NCBI GenBank assembly: GCA_964510985.1
Contig: CAZEDC010000116.1
Location: forward strand, 1,800-65,799
Direction: 5' to 3'
DNA: 64,000 nt
Source: an uncultured Dehalococcoidia bacterium
GTDB taxonomy: Bacteria > Chloroflexota > Dehalococcoidia > Lucifugimonadales > CAZEDC01
The position numbers and the translations under genes were made by a program. The number at the start of each line of letters is the position of its first letter. The first letter of the stretch is position 1. Shown here piece by piece: positions 54,717 to 63,848 of the stretch. Below the pieces are notes generated by a model. It saw nothing but the letters and a program-made list of their open reading frames with translations. It did not search any database and had not been told where the DNA came from.

Positions 54717-56078
54717 CTATTCCGTGGTGTCGGGCGCTCTGAACACCTTCAGAGTCAGGCCCTCCACATCCAGGACGACGACCTTCTCACCCGCCGCGAT
54801 GGTCTCGTCCGAATCGGAGACGGCGCTCCAGAGTTCGCTGGCCACCTGGACGCTGCCGTGAGGGGCCAGCTCGGTGGCGGTGGTGCCCGTCTGCCCGACG
54901 AGCGATGCGATCCCGGTGGAGTAGACCGCCCCCCGGGACTGCAGCACGACTCTGAGCAAGAGTACCACGAATCCGAACAGGATAGCACTGACGGTTCCAA
55001 TAAGCCAGAGGCTGACCCGGAAGCCGGGCGTGGGGATGGACGGCGAGCCGAAGCCACCGAACAGGAGAAACGCGCCGAGAATGAAGCTGACTCCTCCCCC
55101 GACGCCGAAGACTCCGATGCCGGGCGCCTGGATTTCCAGGAAGAAGAGGACCATGGCCAGCCCAATGAGCCCGACGCCGACCCAGTTCACCGGCAGATTA
55201 CCGATGGCGACAAAGGCCAGGGCCAGGGCGATGGCCCCGAACAGCCCGGGAACGATCACCCCCGGGTTGAGGAACCCTATAAGGATCCCGATGCCGCCCA
55301 GGGTCAACAGCAGGAAGGCGATGTTGGGGTCGGCCAGGAAACCGAGGAACCGCTCCAGCGGGATCCGCTTTATCCGGCGAAGCTCCAGGCCGTCGGTGTC
55401 CAGGACCGCCTCACCCCTATCGGTCTCCAACCTCTTGCCGTCCAACTGGGCCAGCAGGTCGTTCAGGTTCTCGGCGATCAGGTCGATCATGTCGCCGGCC
55501 AGCGCCTCGGAAGTGGAATAGGAGACCGCCGTCAGGACCGTCTGCTCCAGGGCCTCGGCGTTGCGGTCTCGCTCCTCGGCGATGCTTCGCATAAAGGCCG
55601 CCGCGTCCTGGGTGGACTTGGACTTCAGTGTCTCGGGCAGGTCTTCACCGCCCTGGCCCACCGGAGAGGCGGCCCCGATGTTGGTGGTCGGCGCCATGGC
55701 CGCAACGTGCGCCGCGGCGGTTACGAAGGTACCCGCAGAGGCCGCCTGGGCGCCCGGCGGGTAGACGTACACGACGACAGGGATATCCGAGGTCAGGATG
55801 GCCTCCACCATGTCTCGCGTGGACGATAGGAGCCCGCCCGGTGTGTCCAACAGCACGATGATGAACTGGGCGCCGTCTTCGGTGGCGGACTCGATGCCCC
55901 GGGACAGGAAGCCGGCCGACACGGAGTCGATGGCGCCGTCCAACTTGATGTAGGCGGCATAATCGTCGGCGGCGGAAACGTGCGCGGCCTGTGCGGCGAT
56001 GAAACCACCGAATCCAAGGAGGACGAGGACCAGGGCCAGCACGTGTCTCATGGTGACCACCCGACCACAGTCTAACAC
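54717..56078 (-). CDS. NfeD family membrane-bound ClpP-class serine protease
   Basis: 453-aa ORF. Signal/TM, ClpP-like domain (LDTPGGLLSSTRDMV), multiple TMs and a C-terminal OB-like NfeD domain. Immediately upstream of the SPFH gene. Confidence 0.85.
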   Translation of the reverse strand: MLDCGRVVTMRHVLALVLVLLGFGGFIAAQAAHVSAADDYAAYIKLDGAIDSVSAGFLSRGIESATEDGAQFIIVLLDTPGGLLSSTRDMVEAILTSDIPVVVYVYPPGAQAASAGTFVTAAAHVAAMAPTTNIGAASPVGQGGEDLPETLKSKSTQDAAAFMRSIAEERDRNAEALEQTVLTAVSYSTSEALAGDMIDLIAENLNDLLAQLDGKRLETDRGEAVLDTDGLELRRIKRIPLERFLGFLADPNIAFLLLTLGGIGILIGFLNPGVIVPGLFGAIALALAFVAIGNLPVNWVGVGLIGLAMVLFFLEIQAPGIGVFGVGGGVSFILGAFLLFGGFGSPSIPTPGFRVSLWLIGTVSAILFGFVVLLLRVVLQSRGAVYSTGIASLVGQTGTTATELAPHGSVQVASELWSAVSDSDETIAAGEKVVVLDVEGLTLKVFRAPDTTE

Positions 56079-56116
56079 CTTCGAGGAGCGAAGGTGTGCC
56101 GGACGGCGATCCAGAC

Positions 56117-56506
56117 TCAGTAGTCTACGATCTCGGGAAAAAACCGGCTGTACTGTTCGGCGTTCCGCGTACAGACTGGCTCGCCGCGTTCCCTGGCGGT
56201 GGCGGCGGCCAGCGTAATGTGTTCCATACCGGCCCGCTCCTCGGGGCTCACTGAACCCAGCCAGATGCCCGCGACTTTGGCCGCCTCGGTGGAGAGGGAT
56301 GCTTCTTTCAAGAAACGCAACAGGCCCAGGTACCCTATCTCGGTGCGCCGGTCAAAACCCGGGCTGCCCCACAGCTTGAACACGGTGAACGGAGAGAATG
56401 AGGCCGTGACCTCCCCGGCCACAATCCGCTCGACGACGGCGCGGGCGCCGGGGTGTCCATCCCGATAGTCCTGGAACAGGGTAGTGTCCAGCAGCATATC
56501 GGTCAT
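56117..56506 (-). CDS. vapC: PIN-domain toxin (VapC-like)
   Basis: 129-aa ORF. LLDTTLF start and conserved acidic positions typical of a PIN domain. Confidence 0.7.
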   Translation of the reverse strand: MTDMLLDTTLFQDYRDGHPGARAVVERIVAGEVTASFSPFTVFKLWGSPGFDRRTEIGYLGLLRFLKEASLSTEAAKVAGIWLGSVSPEERAGMEHITLAAATARERGEPVCTRNAEQYSRFFPEIVDY

Positions 56507-56558
56507 TCGTGAACCTGGGCCGGAGCGGCGATGAGGTCGGAGCGGCGGTGTACGGGAC

Positions 56559-56873
56559 TCACAACGAATCCTGCGCCGGACCGAAGGCCTCTCGGACCAC
56601 TCTCTCGGCCTCCTCCGGGGTCATTTCCACCGGCGAACCCACCGGCTGGCCGGCCTGCATGTCGAGATACTCGTCATCCCAGATGGACGGGGTTGGCTTT
56701 TTCTGAGCCGGCGGTTGATGCGGTCCCGTCAACGCCAGCTCCAGACCCATCTCGATTAGCTCGCGCAGAGGGATGCGCAACTCAGTGGCGCGGGCCTTGG
56801 CGGCGAGGTAAAGGTCCTCGCGGATGGAGGCATAGACCTGGCGCGTATCGCCCTCGACTTTCTTTCTCGGCAT
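56559..56873 (-). CDS. putative ribbon-helix-helix antitoxin (VapB-like) with long C-terminal tail
   Basis: ATG at 56873 (MPRKKVEGDTRQVYASIREDLYLAAKARATELRIPLRELI) has an RHH-like N-terminus. Located upstream of the PIN gene. Confidence 0.5.
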   Translation of the reverse strand: MPRKKVEGDTRQVYASIREDLYLAAKARATELRIPLRELIEMGLELALTGPHQPPAQKKPTPSIWDDEYLDMQAGQPVGSPVEMTPEEAERVVREAFGPAQDSL

Positions 56874-56882
56874 AGCTCTATT

Positions 56883-56911
56883 ACCATACAACGATATTAG
56901 TATATTGTCAA
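56883..56911 (-). promoter_or_regulatory. sigma70-like promoter of the VapBC-like pair (near-leaderless)
   Basis: Minus-strand TTGACA (56911-56906), a 17-nt spacer, then TATGGT (56888-56883). The ATG lies only 9 nt after the -10 element. An imperfect inverted repeat overlaps the spacer. Confidence 0.5.
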
Positions 56912-57155
56912 TACACGGGAGGGCGTGCTTGCGCTAAGCCCCTGTGTTTCGGGCCGCGTGGGTTTCTGGTATGGACTCTCTACCATACGACCGAGTTGTG
57001 ACAATAACATCCTGGGTCGTATCTCTCCCATAATAATCCTTTCCCTCACGAGGAGGAAATCAGAGGAATTCCACCCGTTTGGACGGGCCGCTACCCTACC
57101 CTCTTGTCGACCCTGGATGGGCGCCTGACCGGCATGTTATATAATGTTCGCCGCC

Positions 57156-58307
57156 ATGAAGATTGTCATCGCTCCGCAGACGTTCAAGGGAAGCATCTCG
57201 GCCCTGGCCGTTGCCAGGGCCATGGACGAAGGCGTGCGCCGTGTCGTCCCCGACGCCGAGGCAGTGCTGGTGCCGGTGGCCGACGGAGGCGACGGAACAT
57301 TGGAGACGATGGTGGAGGGCTCCGGCGGTGAAATCAGGGTCTCGGAGGTTACCGGGCCTCTGGGAGAGCGGGTAGCAGCAAGTTGGGGCGCGATGGGCGA
57401 CGGCACCACCGCGGTTATAGAGATGGCCCGCACCTCGGGTCTGGCTCTGGTCCCGGTCGAAAAACGAGACCCCTTGACGGCCACTACTTATGGCCTGGGC
57501 GAGGCTATCAGACATGCTCTGGACGCCGGTTTCCGCAGGTTTATCATCGGTATCGGCGGCAGTGCCACAAACGATGCCGGCGCCGGTATGGCCCAGGCCT
57601 TGGGCGTGCGGCTCCTGGACGGCGATGGACGCGAACTACCCTGTGGCGGGGCGGCGTTGTCCGGCCTCCAGAGCATCGATCCTTCTGGCCAGGACACACG
57701 TGTGAGGGAGTCCAGGTTCCTTGTGGCGTGCGATGTCAATAACCCACTGACCGGTCCCGAGGGCGCGTCGGTCATCTACGGGCCGCAGAAAGGGGCGACG
57801 CCGGACATGGTTGAGAGGCTTGACGCTGCCCTGGGTCAATTCGCCGAAGTCGCGCTGCGAGACCTGGGCACCGATGTCAACGATGTCCCCGGAGCCGGAG
57901 CCGCCGGTGGGTTGGGAGGCGGCCTGATAGCCTTTCTCGGTGCAGAGCTGGGGACCGGAGTCGACATCGTCCTGGAAGTAGTCGGCCTGGACAGGCACCT
58001 GGAGGGTGCGGACCTGGTGATAACAGGCGAGGGCTGTCTGGACCACCAGACAGTCTATAACAAGGCGCCCATCGGCGTTGCTTCGCTGGCGAAGGCGCGG
58101 GGGATACCGGTGGTGGCCATCTCCGGGTCGCTGGGCGAGCGGTACCGCGAGGTACACCACCACGGCATCGAGGCCGCAGCGGCCATCACCTGCTATCCGA
58201 TGTCGCTCGATGAGGCTTCGGAGAGGGCGGCCGAGCTGGTTGTCGGCGCCACAGAGGAGGCGCTTCGCTTCATGCAGGTGGGCGCCCGGATTTTCGGCCG
58301 GAACTAG
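57156..58307 (+). CDS. glxK: glycerate kinase
   Basis: MKIVIAPQTFKGS start and PVADGGDGT motif; full-length GK family. A TATAAT-like box overlaps the upstream in-frame ATG at 57144, so 57156 is preferred. Confidence 0.9.
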   Translation: MKIVIAPQTFKGSISALAVARAMDEGVRRVVPDAEAVLVPVADGGDGTLETMVEGSGGEIRVSEVTGPLGERVAASWGAMGDGTTAVIEMARTSGLALVPVEKRDPLTATTYGLGEAIRHALDAGFRRFIIGIGGSATNDAGAGMAQALGVRLLDGDGRELPCGGAALSGLQSIDPSGQDTRVRESRFLVACDVNNPLTGPEGASVIYGPQKGATPDMVERLDAALGQFAEVALRDLGTDVNDVPGAGAAGGLGGGLIAFLGAELGTGVDIVLEVVGLDRHLEGADLVITGEGCLDHQTVYNKAPIGVASLAKARGIPVVAISGSLGERYREVHHHGIEAAAAITCYPMSLDEASERAAELVVGATEEALRFMQVGARIFGRN

Positions 58308-58314
58308 GGGCAGC

Positions 58315-58731
58315 CTAGTTGCTGATAATCGAGAACAGGACCGCGCCTGTCACGGCCAGGAGTACCACGACGACAACGGCTGCTAGGAGCTCGCTCCTGG
58401 GACCCTCGAGGAGAGAGCCAGCCGCGCCGCCGCCGGTGGCGACCGCCCGGGTTGGATCAGCCGCTCTGGACTGAGCGGGCAAGCCATCAGCCCCCGATCC
58501 GGTCTTTGGGGGACGCTCATCCGCTCGCTGACGGTCGTACTCCGCGCGTTTTTTAGGGTCAATCAGGGTATCGAAGGCCCGAGTCAACCTTTCCATGGCC
58601 TCGGCGTCGTCGGGACCGCCATCCCCTGACTCGTACGGGCGGCGAAGACGCCTGTAGGCGGCCCGGATGGCCTTGGGCCTGGCCGTTGGCTGAAGCTGCA
58701 GGGCCTTGTAGAAGTCTTCGTTCTCTTGCAT
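58315..58731 (-). CDS. J-domain-like protein lacking the HPD motif, with C-terminal TM anchor
   Basis: 138-aa ORF. DFYKALQL..AIRAAYRRL..LIDPKKRAEYD matches J-domain helices, but the HPD position reads ESG. C-terminal hydrophobic segment LLAAVVVVVLLAVTGAVLF. Confidence 0.55.
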   Translation of the reverse strand: MQENEDFYKALQLQPTARPKAIRAAYRRLRRPYESGDGGPDDAEAMERLTRAFDTLIDPKKRAEYDRQRADERPPKTGSGADGLPAQSRAADPTRAVATGGGAAGSLLEGPRSELLAAVVVVVLLAVTGAVLFSIISN

Positions 58732-58783
58732 GTTTGGTCTATCGGTATGATGCCGGCCGTGACGGGAGTTTCACGGCGCTGTC

Positions 58784-58792
58784 ATTATAGCA
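58784..58792 (-). promoter_or_regulatory. extended -10 promoter element (TGCTATAAT on the minus strand)
   Basis: Reverse complement of 58784-58792 is TGCTATAAT, about 50 nt upstream of the ATG at 58731. Confidence 0.4.
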
Positions 58793-58818
58793 GCCAGTGT
58801 ACGGGGTCGGGCAAAACT

Positions 58819-58871
58819 AGTACTTAGTTGCGCAATTCTCGATCTATCCCACACACCCACCCCGATAGGTT
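58819..58871 (+). repeat. second copy of the AGTACTTAGTTGC...GATAGGTT motif
   Basis: See the 3778-3828 entry. Both copies lie upstream of minus-strand gene starts. Confidence 0.7.
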
Positions 58872-58960
58872 TTGGGGGGAGCCCCCAGTTCTCCCTTCAA
58901 AGGGACTCTTCCTCTCTGGACTCCCCAACTGGACATGGCGCTTATTTACGGCGGCAGGTA

Positions 58961-59713
58961 CTAGCCCCGCAGGAGCATGTGGACCTCGCCGGGGCCGTGG
59001 ACGCCGGTGACCAGGGTGTACTCGATATCGGCGGATCGGCTGGGTCCCGTTATCAGGTTCATGTACCCGCTGGACCCGCCGCCCAGGAGGTCCTGCCTGC
59101 GCAGGGCAAATAGCTCGTCCAGGCCGGGGAGAACTTCGCCCGGCCGCACTAAGGCCACGTGGACGGGCGGCAGCAGGGAGACCAGGCGGCTGACTCCTTT
59201 TCGGGCCAGCAGCACACAGGTGCCGGTCTCGGCGAGGGCGTAATCCACACCGGTTACGCCGATGTCGGCGTCGATGGCCTGTTCCCTCAGGCTGCCGCGT
59301 ATTTCGTCCCGCTTCGCATCGTCGGTCTCGTCGCCGATGGAGATGACGCCCACGTCGATGCCGGCCGTGGAGAGCCGGGCCTCGAGGTCCAAGTCCTGGG
59401 TTGCAGCGTGCGTTGTGCGCAGGATGGTACGGGCCTCCAGCCCGCGGGCCAACTTCTCGATGTACTCGGCGGCATCTAGGGCCGACGCGACGCGGGCCAC
59501 CTTCCAGCCGGCTTTTGCGGCGGTCGTCTCCAGCGACGACATCAGCTCGGCTGCGTTGTCCTGGGCCTCTTGCATGATGGACCTGGCGCGCTCGTCTACG
59601 GACGGTGCGCCGCGGTACAGGCCCGTCGCGCCTCTGGCGTCAGGGGCAGGTTGGCCTTTATCCCGTCCCAGGGCTCGTCGAACGTTTTCGAGGAACCGAT
59701 CTCGGTCGCTCAC
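58961..59713 (-). CDS. lutC: LUD-domain protein (LutC-like lactate utilisation protein C)
   Basis: 250-aa ORF with a LUD/LutC-like pattern (GVTGVDYALAETGT). Start overlaps the upstream gene's stop by 4 nt. Confidence 0.75.
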   Translation of the reverse strand: MSDRDRFLENVRRALGRDKGQPAPDARGATGLYRGAPSVDERARSIMQEAQDNAAELMSSLETTAAKAGWKVARVASALDAAEYIEKLARGLEARTILRTTHAATQDLDLEARLSTAGIDVGVISIGDETDDAKRDEIRGSLREQAIDADIGVTGVDYALAETGTCVLLARKGVSRLVSLLPPVHVALVRPGEVLPGLDELFALRRQDLLGGGSSGYMNLITGPSRSADIEYTLVTGVHGPGEVHMLLRG

Positions 59714-60792
59714 TCTTCAACCCCTATGGATATGAATCGGCGCTCGCCGGAGGACCTGTATACCGCGTCCAGTACCCGCTGGACATGGAGCCCTTCTTCG
59801 CCGGGGTTGGCGTATTTGGAGCCGGTCTCCACGGCCTCGGAGAATAGACGGAACTGGGTCTCGTACATGTTGACCGGTGGGCACTCGACTTCCCGGGGCT
59901 CGGGTTCGGTCTTTCTGTCGACGCTGCCGTCGAGGTGGAATAGACGGTTCCTCGCCGAGGGTGGACCCATGGTCTCCTCGGCCAGCAGAGAACCGCTTTC
60001 ACCGAAGACCTGGAACCGCCTGCGGCCGGGGACGTTGGATACACTTGTGTAGCTCTCCAACGTCGCCTGGACGCCGCTCTGGAACTTGAGCAGCACCGAG
60101 GCGGTGTCCTCGACGTCGGCGGAGCTTGTCAGCGTATCGCAGAACGCCGCGACCTCTTTGACGTGACCCAGGAGGAACACGGCGGTGTCTATGACGTGGA
60201 CGCCCATGTCCATCATGGCGCCGCCTCCCGACAGGCGGCGGGACTGTCTCCAGGCGACGCCTCGGTCCCGGTCCATGCGCCAGATGGTCTCGTCATCGGC
60301 CGAGGCGCCGGGGACCTCAGGTGCCCACCAGTCGCCATATCTGGCGTGAACGGCCACCGGCCGGCCGATCTCGCCCCGGACGAGCAGCTCTCGCATCGTC
60401 TGGTGGCAAGAGTTGAAGCGCATCATGGTGCCGTGGCCCAGTGTGACGCCCGCCTCTTCGCAGGCGCGGACCATTTCGTGGGCCTGCTCTGCGTTGAGGG
60501 CCAACGGCTTCTCGCAGAGCACGTGTTTGCCACGGCGCGCGGCCGCAATGGTTAGTTCGGCGTGGGAGGCGTGGGGCGTCGCGACGTATACCGCGTCGAT
60601 GGACGGCTCGGAAAGCAGCTCGTCGATGCCGGGGAACGCTCTGGTGTGGAACCTGTCCGCCGTCTCCCTGGCCCGCTCGACGACGACGTCGGTCACGCCG
60701 ACCAACTCGGCGTTGGGGGCCGCAAAGATTCCATCGGGGATAGTCACGCCGGCCAGGCGTCCGCAGCCGACAACACCCCATCCTACGGTCAT
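59710..60792 (-). CDS. Gfo/Idh/MocA family oxidoreductase
   Basis: 360-aa ORF. N-terminal Rossmann fold (WGVVGCGRLA) and an EKP motif (LCEKPLALN). Confidence 0.9.
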   Translation of the reverse strand: MTVGWGVVGCGRLAGVTIPDGIFAAPNAELVGVTDVVVERARETADRFHTRAFPGIDELLSEPSIDAVYVATPHASHAELTIAAARRGKHVLCEKPLALNAEQAHEMVRACEEAGVTLGHGTMMRFNSCHQTMRELLVRGEIGRPVAVHARYGDWWAPEVPGASADDETIWRMDRDRGVAWRQSRRLSGGGAMMDMGVHVIDTAVFLLGHVKEVAAFCDTLTSSADVEDTASVLLKFQSGVQATLESYTSVSNVPGRRRFQVFGESGSLLAEETMGPPSARNRLFHLDGSVDRKTEPEPREVECPPVNMYETQFRLFSEAVETGSKYANPGEEGLHVQRVLDAVYRSSGERRFISIGVEE

Positions 60793-60830
60793 CTAGACCT
60801 CCGTCAGTACAACCTGCTCGGCACGAGACC

Positions 60831-60954
60831 ACTATCTCGGAACGGGAGGTGACTTACACCCACCCACCCTCAGGGGTTTTATTCCTGGGGGCACATCCGC
60901 CAGGCCCCTGGCAGAGGGGGGCACCCCTTCTACACTCCCCCGCCGAGGATTTTG
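60831..60954 (+). repeat. family-1 dispersed intergenic repeat, copy C
   Basis: ACTATCTCGGAACGGGAGGTGACTTACACCCACCCACCCTCAGGGGTTTTATTCCTGGGGGCACATCCGCCAGGCCCCTGGCAGAGGGGGGCACCCCTTCTACACTCCCCCGCCGAGGATTTTG. Confidence 0.9.
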
Positions 60955-61112
60955 CGATACATTACAAAGTTAAAGCCCCGGGCACTCCGGTGAAGTCGGG
61001 CCGGTAGGTTTCTTCGCTGCCGTCGGGGAGCACGCTGCGTAACTCCGTTCCAGGTGTGATACTGTGTCGGAGGGTAGCCTCTCTGAAGGTATGGGACGGT
61101 GACGGGTCGTTA

Positions 61113-62534
61113 TCATTTTAGGTTTTTCCACCTGGTCCGGAACGGCCTGGAGGCTAATGCCGGAAACCGGCGGTAGCGGGTCCACGCGGACAGGGGGGGC
61201 GGCAGCCTATTCAGCCATCCTCGCCTGGCGAAAGGCCACTGGAGCAGCCTCCCGGCCACGTGGGCAAGGCCCAGCATGAACGTGTTGGAGACGCTGAGGC
61301 GCCAGCCCTTGAAGACCAGCATCTCTATAATTGATCCCTTTTTCTCCTTCGGGTAGGTCTGACCCTCGACCAGCTCTTTTCGGAGGTGGAGCAACATCCG
61401 CGGGATGTCGATCTTCACCGGGCAGGCCTCGCGGCATGCGCCGCACAGGCTGGAGGCGTTGGGCAGGTCCTTGGCATCGGCGAGCCCGGTGAGCATGGGG
61501 GAGACGATGGCGCCGATGGGCCCGGAATAAACCCAGCCGTAGGAATGGCCGCCAACCTTGCGGTAGACCGGACAGGCGTTCAGGCAGGCGCCGCAGCGCA
61601 GGCAGTACAGGGACTCCCGTAGGTGAGGGTCGGCCAATAGCTTCGAGCGGCCGGCGTCCACGATGACGAGATGGAACTCCTCGGGGCCGTCCTCGTCGTC
61701 GGCCCGTCGGGGGCCGGTGACGGTGGTGACGTAGCTGGAGATGGCCTGTCCGGTGGCGGACCGGATGAGCAGCCGCAGCAGGGTGCCCAGGTCGTCCATG
61801 GACGGCACCACCTTCTCCATGCCGGTGATTGCTACGTGTACTTTGGGCATGGATGTGCACATGCGGCCATTGCCCTCGTTGGTGACCAGCACCACCGTGC
61901 CGGTCTCGGCCACCAGAAAGTTGGCGCCTGTGATGCCCATGTCGGCCTGGATGAACTTCTGGCGCAACTGGGTACGGGCCTCCCGCGCCAGGTCGCCGAT
62001 CTCTGTGTAATGGGGTGTGTTCAGCTTCTCGCGGAACAGGTCCGAGACATCTTCCCGGGACTTGTGGATGGCCGGCGCGATGATGTGGTAGGGCGTGTCC
62101 CCCGCCAGTTGAAGGATGTACTCGCCCAGGTCGGTCTCGACGGGCTCGATGCCCTCCTCGACCAGCCGCTGGTTTAGCTCCATCTCCTCGGAGACCATGG
62201 ACTTGCCCTTGATGGCCAGCTTGACGCCCCGGGCACGGGCCAGGCTGACCACGTAGCGGGTTGCCTCCTCGGCATCGTTGGCGAAAAATACTTTGCCCCC
62301 TGCCCGGGTCAGGTTTGTTTCCAGTAGTTCCAGGTAGTAGTCCAGGTTCTCCAGCGCATGGGCCTTGATAGCTCGCCCCCGGTCACTCAGCGCATCCCAA
62401 TCGGGAGTGGCCTCGGCCGCCCCGATCCGCGCCTGGTGGAAGCCACTGTAGAGGCCGGCCAGGTTCGCCTGGATCCTCTCGCTCCCCAGGGCTTTGGCCG
62501 CACCATCTTTGAATTTTTTCGTCGTTATCGCCAC
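61113..62534 (-). CDS. lutB: iron-sulfur lactate utilisation protein LutB
   Basis: 473-aa ORF. LUD-type domain plus two 4Fe-4S motifs (CLRCGACLNACP and CGACREACP). Confidence 0.9.
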   Translation of the reverse strand: MAITTKKFKDGAAKALGSERIQANLAGLYSGFHQARIGAAEATPDWDALSDRGRAIKAHALENLDYYLELLETNLTRAGGKVFFANDAEEATRYVVSLARARGVKLAIKGKSMVSEEMELNQRLVEEGIEPVETDLGEYILQLAGDTPYHIIAPAIHKSREDVSDLFREKLNTPHYTEIGDLAREARTQLRQKFIQADMGITGANFLVAETGTVVLVTNEGNGRMCTSMPKVHVAITGMEKVVPSMDDLGTLLRLLIRSATGQAISSYVTTVTGPRRADDEDGPEEFHLVIVDAGRSKLLADPHLRESLYCLRCGACLNACPVYRKVGGHSYGWVYSGPIGAIVSPMLTGLADAKDLPNASSLCGACREACPVKIDIPRMLLHLRKELVEGQTYPKEKKGSIIEMLVFKGWRLSVSNTFMLGLAHVAGRLLQWPFARRGWLNRLPPPLSAWTRYRRFPALASRPFRTRWKNLK

Positions 62535-62559
62535 TTTTTATCCTGATTCTTGGCGGGTT

Positions 62560-63405
62560 CTATTCCGATAACCCCAGGCTCTCGTCAATGAGCTGTGCCA
62601 AATGGACCGGCCTTACCGGGACTCCCTGTTTGGCCATGCCGCCGCCCAGGTGCATGAGGCAGCTGCTGTCGCAGCCCACCAGCGTTTCGGCGCCGGTCTT
62701 GCGGATATTGTCGATCTTGTCCTGGAGCATGGCGGCTGAGACGTCGGGGTATTTAACCGAGAAGGTGCCTCCGAAGCCGCAGCACACCTCCACCTGGTCC
62801 ATCTCCTCCAACCGGACTCCAGGTAGCGAGCGGATGAGGTCCCTGGGCTGGGAGATAACGCCCAGCTCCCTCCTGAGGTGGCAGGCCTCATGGTAGGTCA
62901 CGGTACGGGTCTCCCCGGCGTCCCCCTGGGCCAGCGGGGTCAGGTCGGTGATCCCAAGGACGTCCACGATAAACTCCGACAGCTCGAACACCCGGGAGCC
63001 GAGGGCGCGGGACATCTCTAATAGCTCAGGTTCGTCCTGGAGCAGTTCCGGGTAGAAAACTCGGAGCATCGTGGCGCAGGAGCCGGACGGGACTACGACG
63101 TACCGGTCTCCATGAAACTGATCGAGGAACCGTCTGGCCAGGGGTTTCGCCTCGCTCCAGTAGCCGGAGTTGAACGCGGGCTGCCCACAGCAGGTCTGGC
63201 CTCCGGGGAAATCCACGTCCACGCCCAGCCGTCTCAGCACACGGACTGTGCTCTCCCCGACCTCCGGGTAGAACTGGTCGATAATGCAGGTCACGAATAG
63301 AGACGCTTTGATGGGCGCGGAATCTTGGCTCAACGGTTGTCTCCAGGTGTCGTCGGCAGGGCCGGCGGTGAAGTCTCGGGTCCGACCGGGAACCTCTGGA
63401 AGCAT
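62560..63405 (-). CDS. lutA: (Fe-S)-binding CCG-domain protein LutA
   Basis: ASLFVTCIIDQFYPEVG and QTCCGQP motifs, with a second CCG repeat (EVCCGFGG). The exact start is uncertain, because the N-terminal roughly 30 aa look non-conserved. Confidence 0.85.
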   Translation of the reverse strand: MLPEVPGRTRDFTAGPADDTWRQPLSQDSAPIKASLFVTCIIDQFYPEVGESTVRVLRRLGVDVDFPGGQTCCGQPAFNSGYWSEAKPLARRFLDQFHGDRYVVVPSGSCATMLRVFYPELLQDEPELLEMSRALGSRVFELSEFIVDVLGITDLTPLAQGDAGETRTVTYHEACHLRRELGVISQPRDLIRSLPGVRLEEMDQVEVCCGFGGTFSVKYPDVSAAMLQDKIDNIRKTGAETLVGCDSSCLMHLGGGMAKQGVPVRPVHLAQLIDESLGLSE

Positions 63406-63418
63406 AAAGGAGTCCGGT

Positions 63419-63664
63419 CTAGAAGATCAGGCCGTGGACGACAAATCCAACCAACCATGCCACCATGAAAGCGGGACCGCCGGCGAACAGGCGGCCCTCA
63501 GTCTTCTGGTTGGCCTTGCCGTGGCGCCAGAGATAGAAAAGGAATCCTCCGAGTCCGGCGGCCATCAGCCAGGTCGATGCGGTGTTGACGCCGAGGGCCA
63601 GACCGATGACAAACCCGGCCACGGCCCAGCTAATGGGCGAGTCTATGAGGTCTAGTCTCGACAT
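63419..63664 (-). CDS. small hypothetical membrane protein
   Basis: 81 aa counted from the internal ATG at 63664. Three hydrophobic segments; no recognisable family. Confidence 0.4.
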   Translation of the reverse strand: MSRLDLIDSPISWAVAGFVIGLALGVNTASTWLMAAGLGGFLFYLWRHGKANQKTEGRLFAGGPAFMVAWLVGFVVHGLIF

Positions 63665-63848
63665 CACTTCAGATAGGCAACCTTTGGACTGAGGCGCTGC
63701 GGCGCCGAGTAGTACTATAGAAAATCTCTGGCGTGAAGGATACACTCCTCTGGGGACGTTTGCAATTGAATTCACTTGCACGATACGCCGTCATATCATA
63801 GGCCAGCTTCGATAAATTGGCGAGACTTTAACGGAAAATCACGACCAG

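Noticed and set aside
54462-55829. 455-aa ORF antisense to the NfeD and SPFH genes
   Set aside because: Overlaps two confident minus-strand genes. The translation is Asp/Gly/Arg/Gln-rich low complexity.
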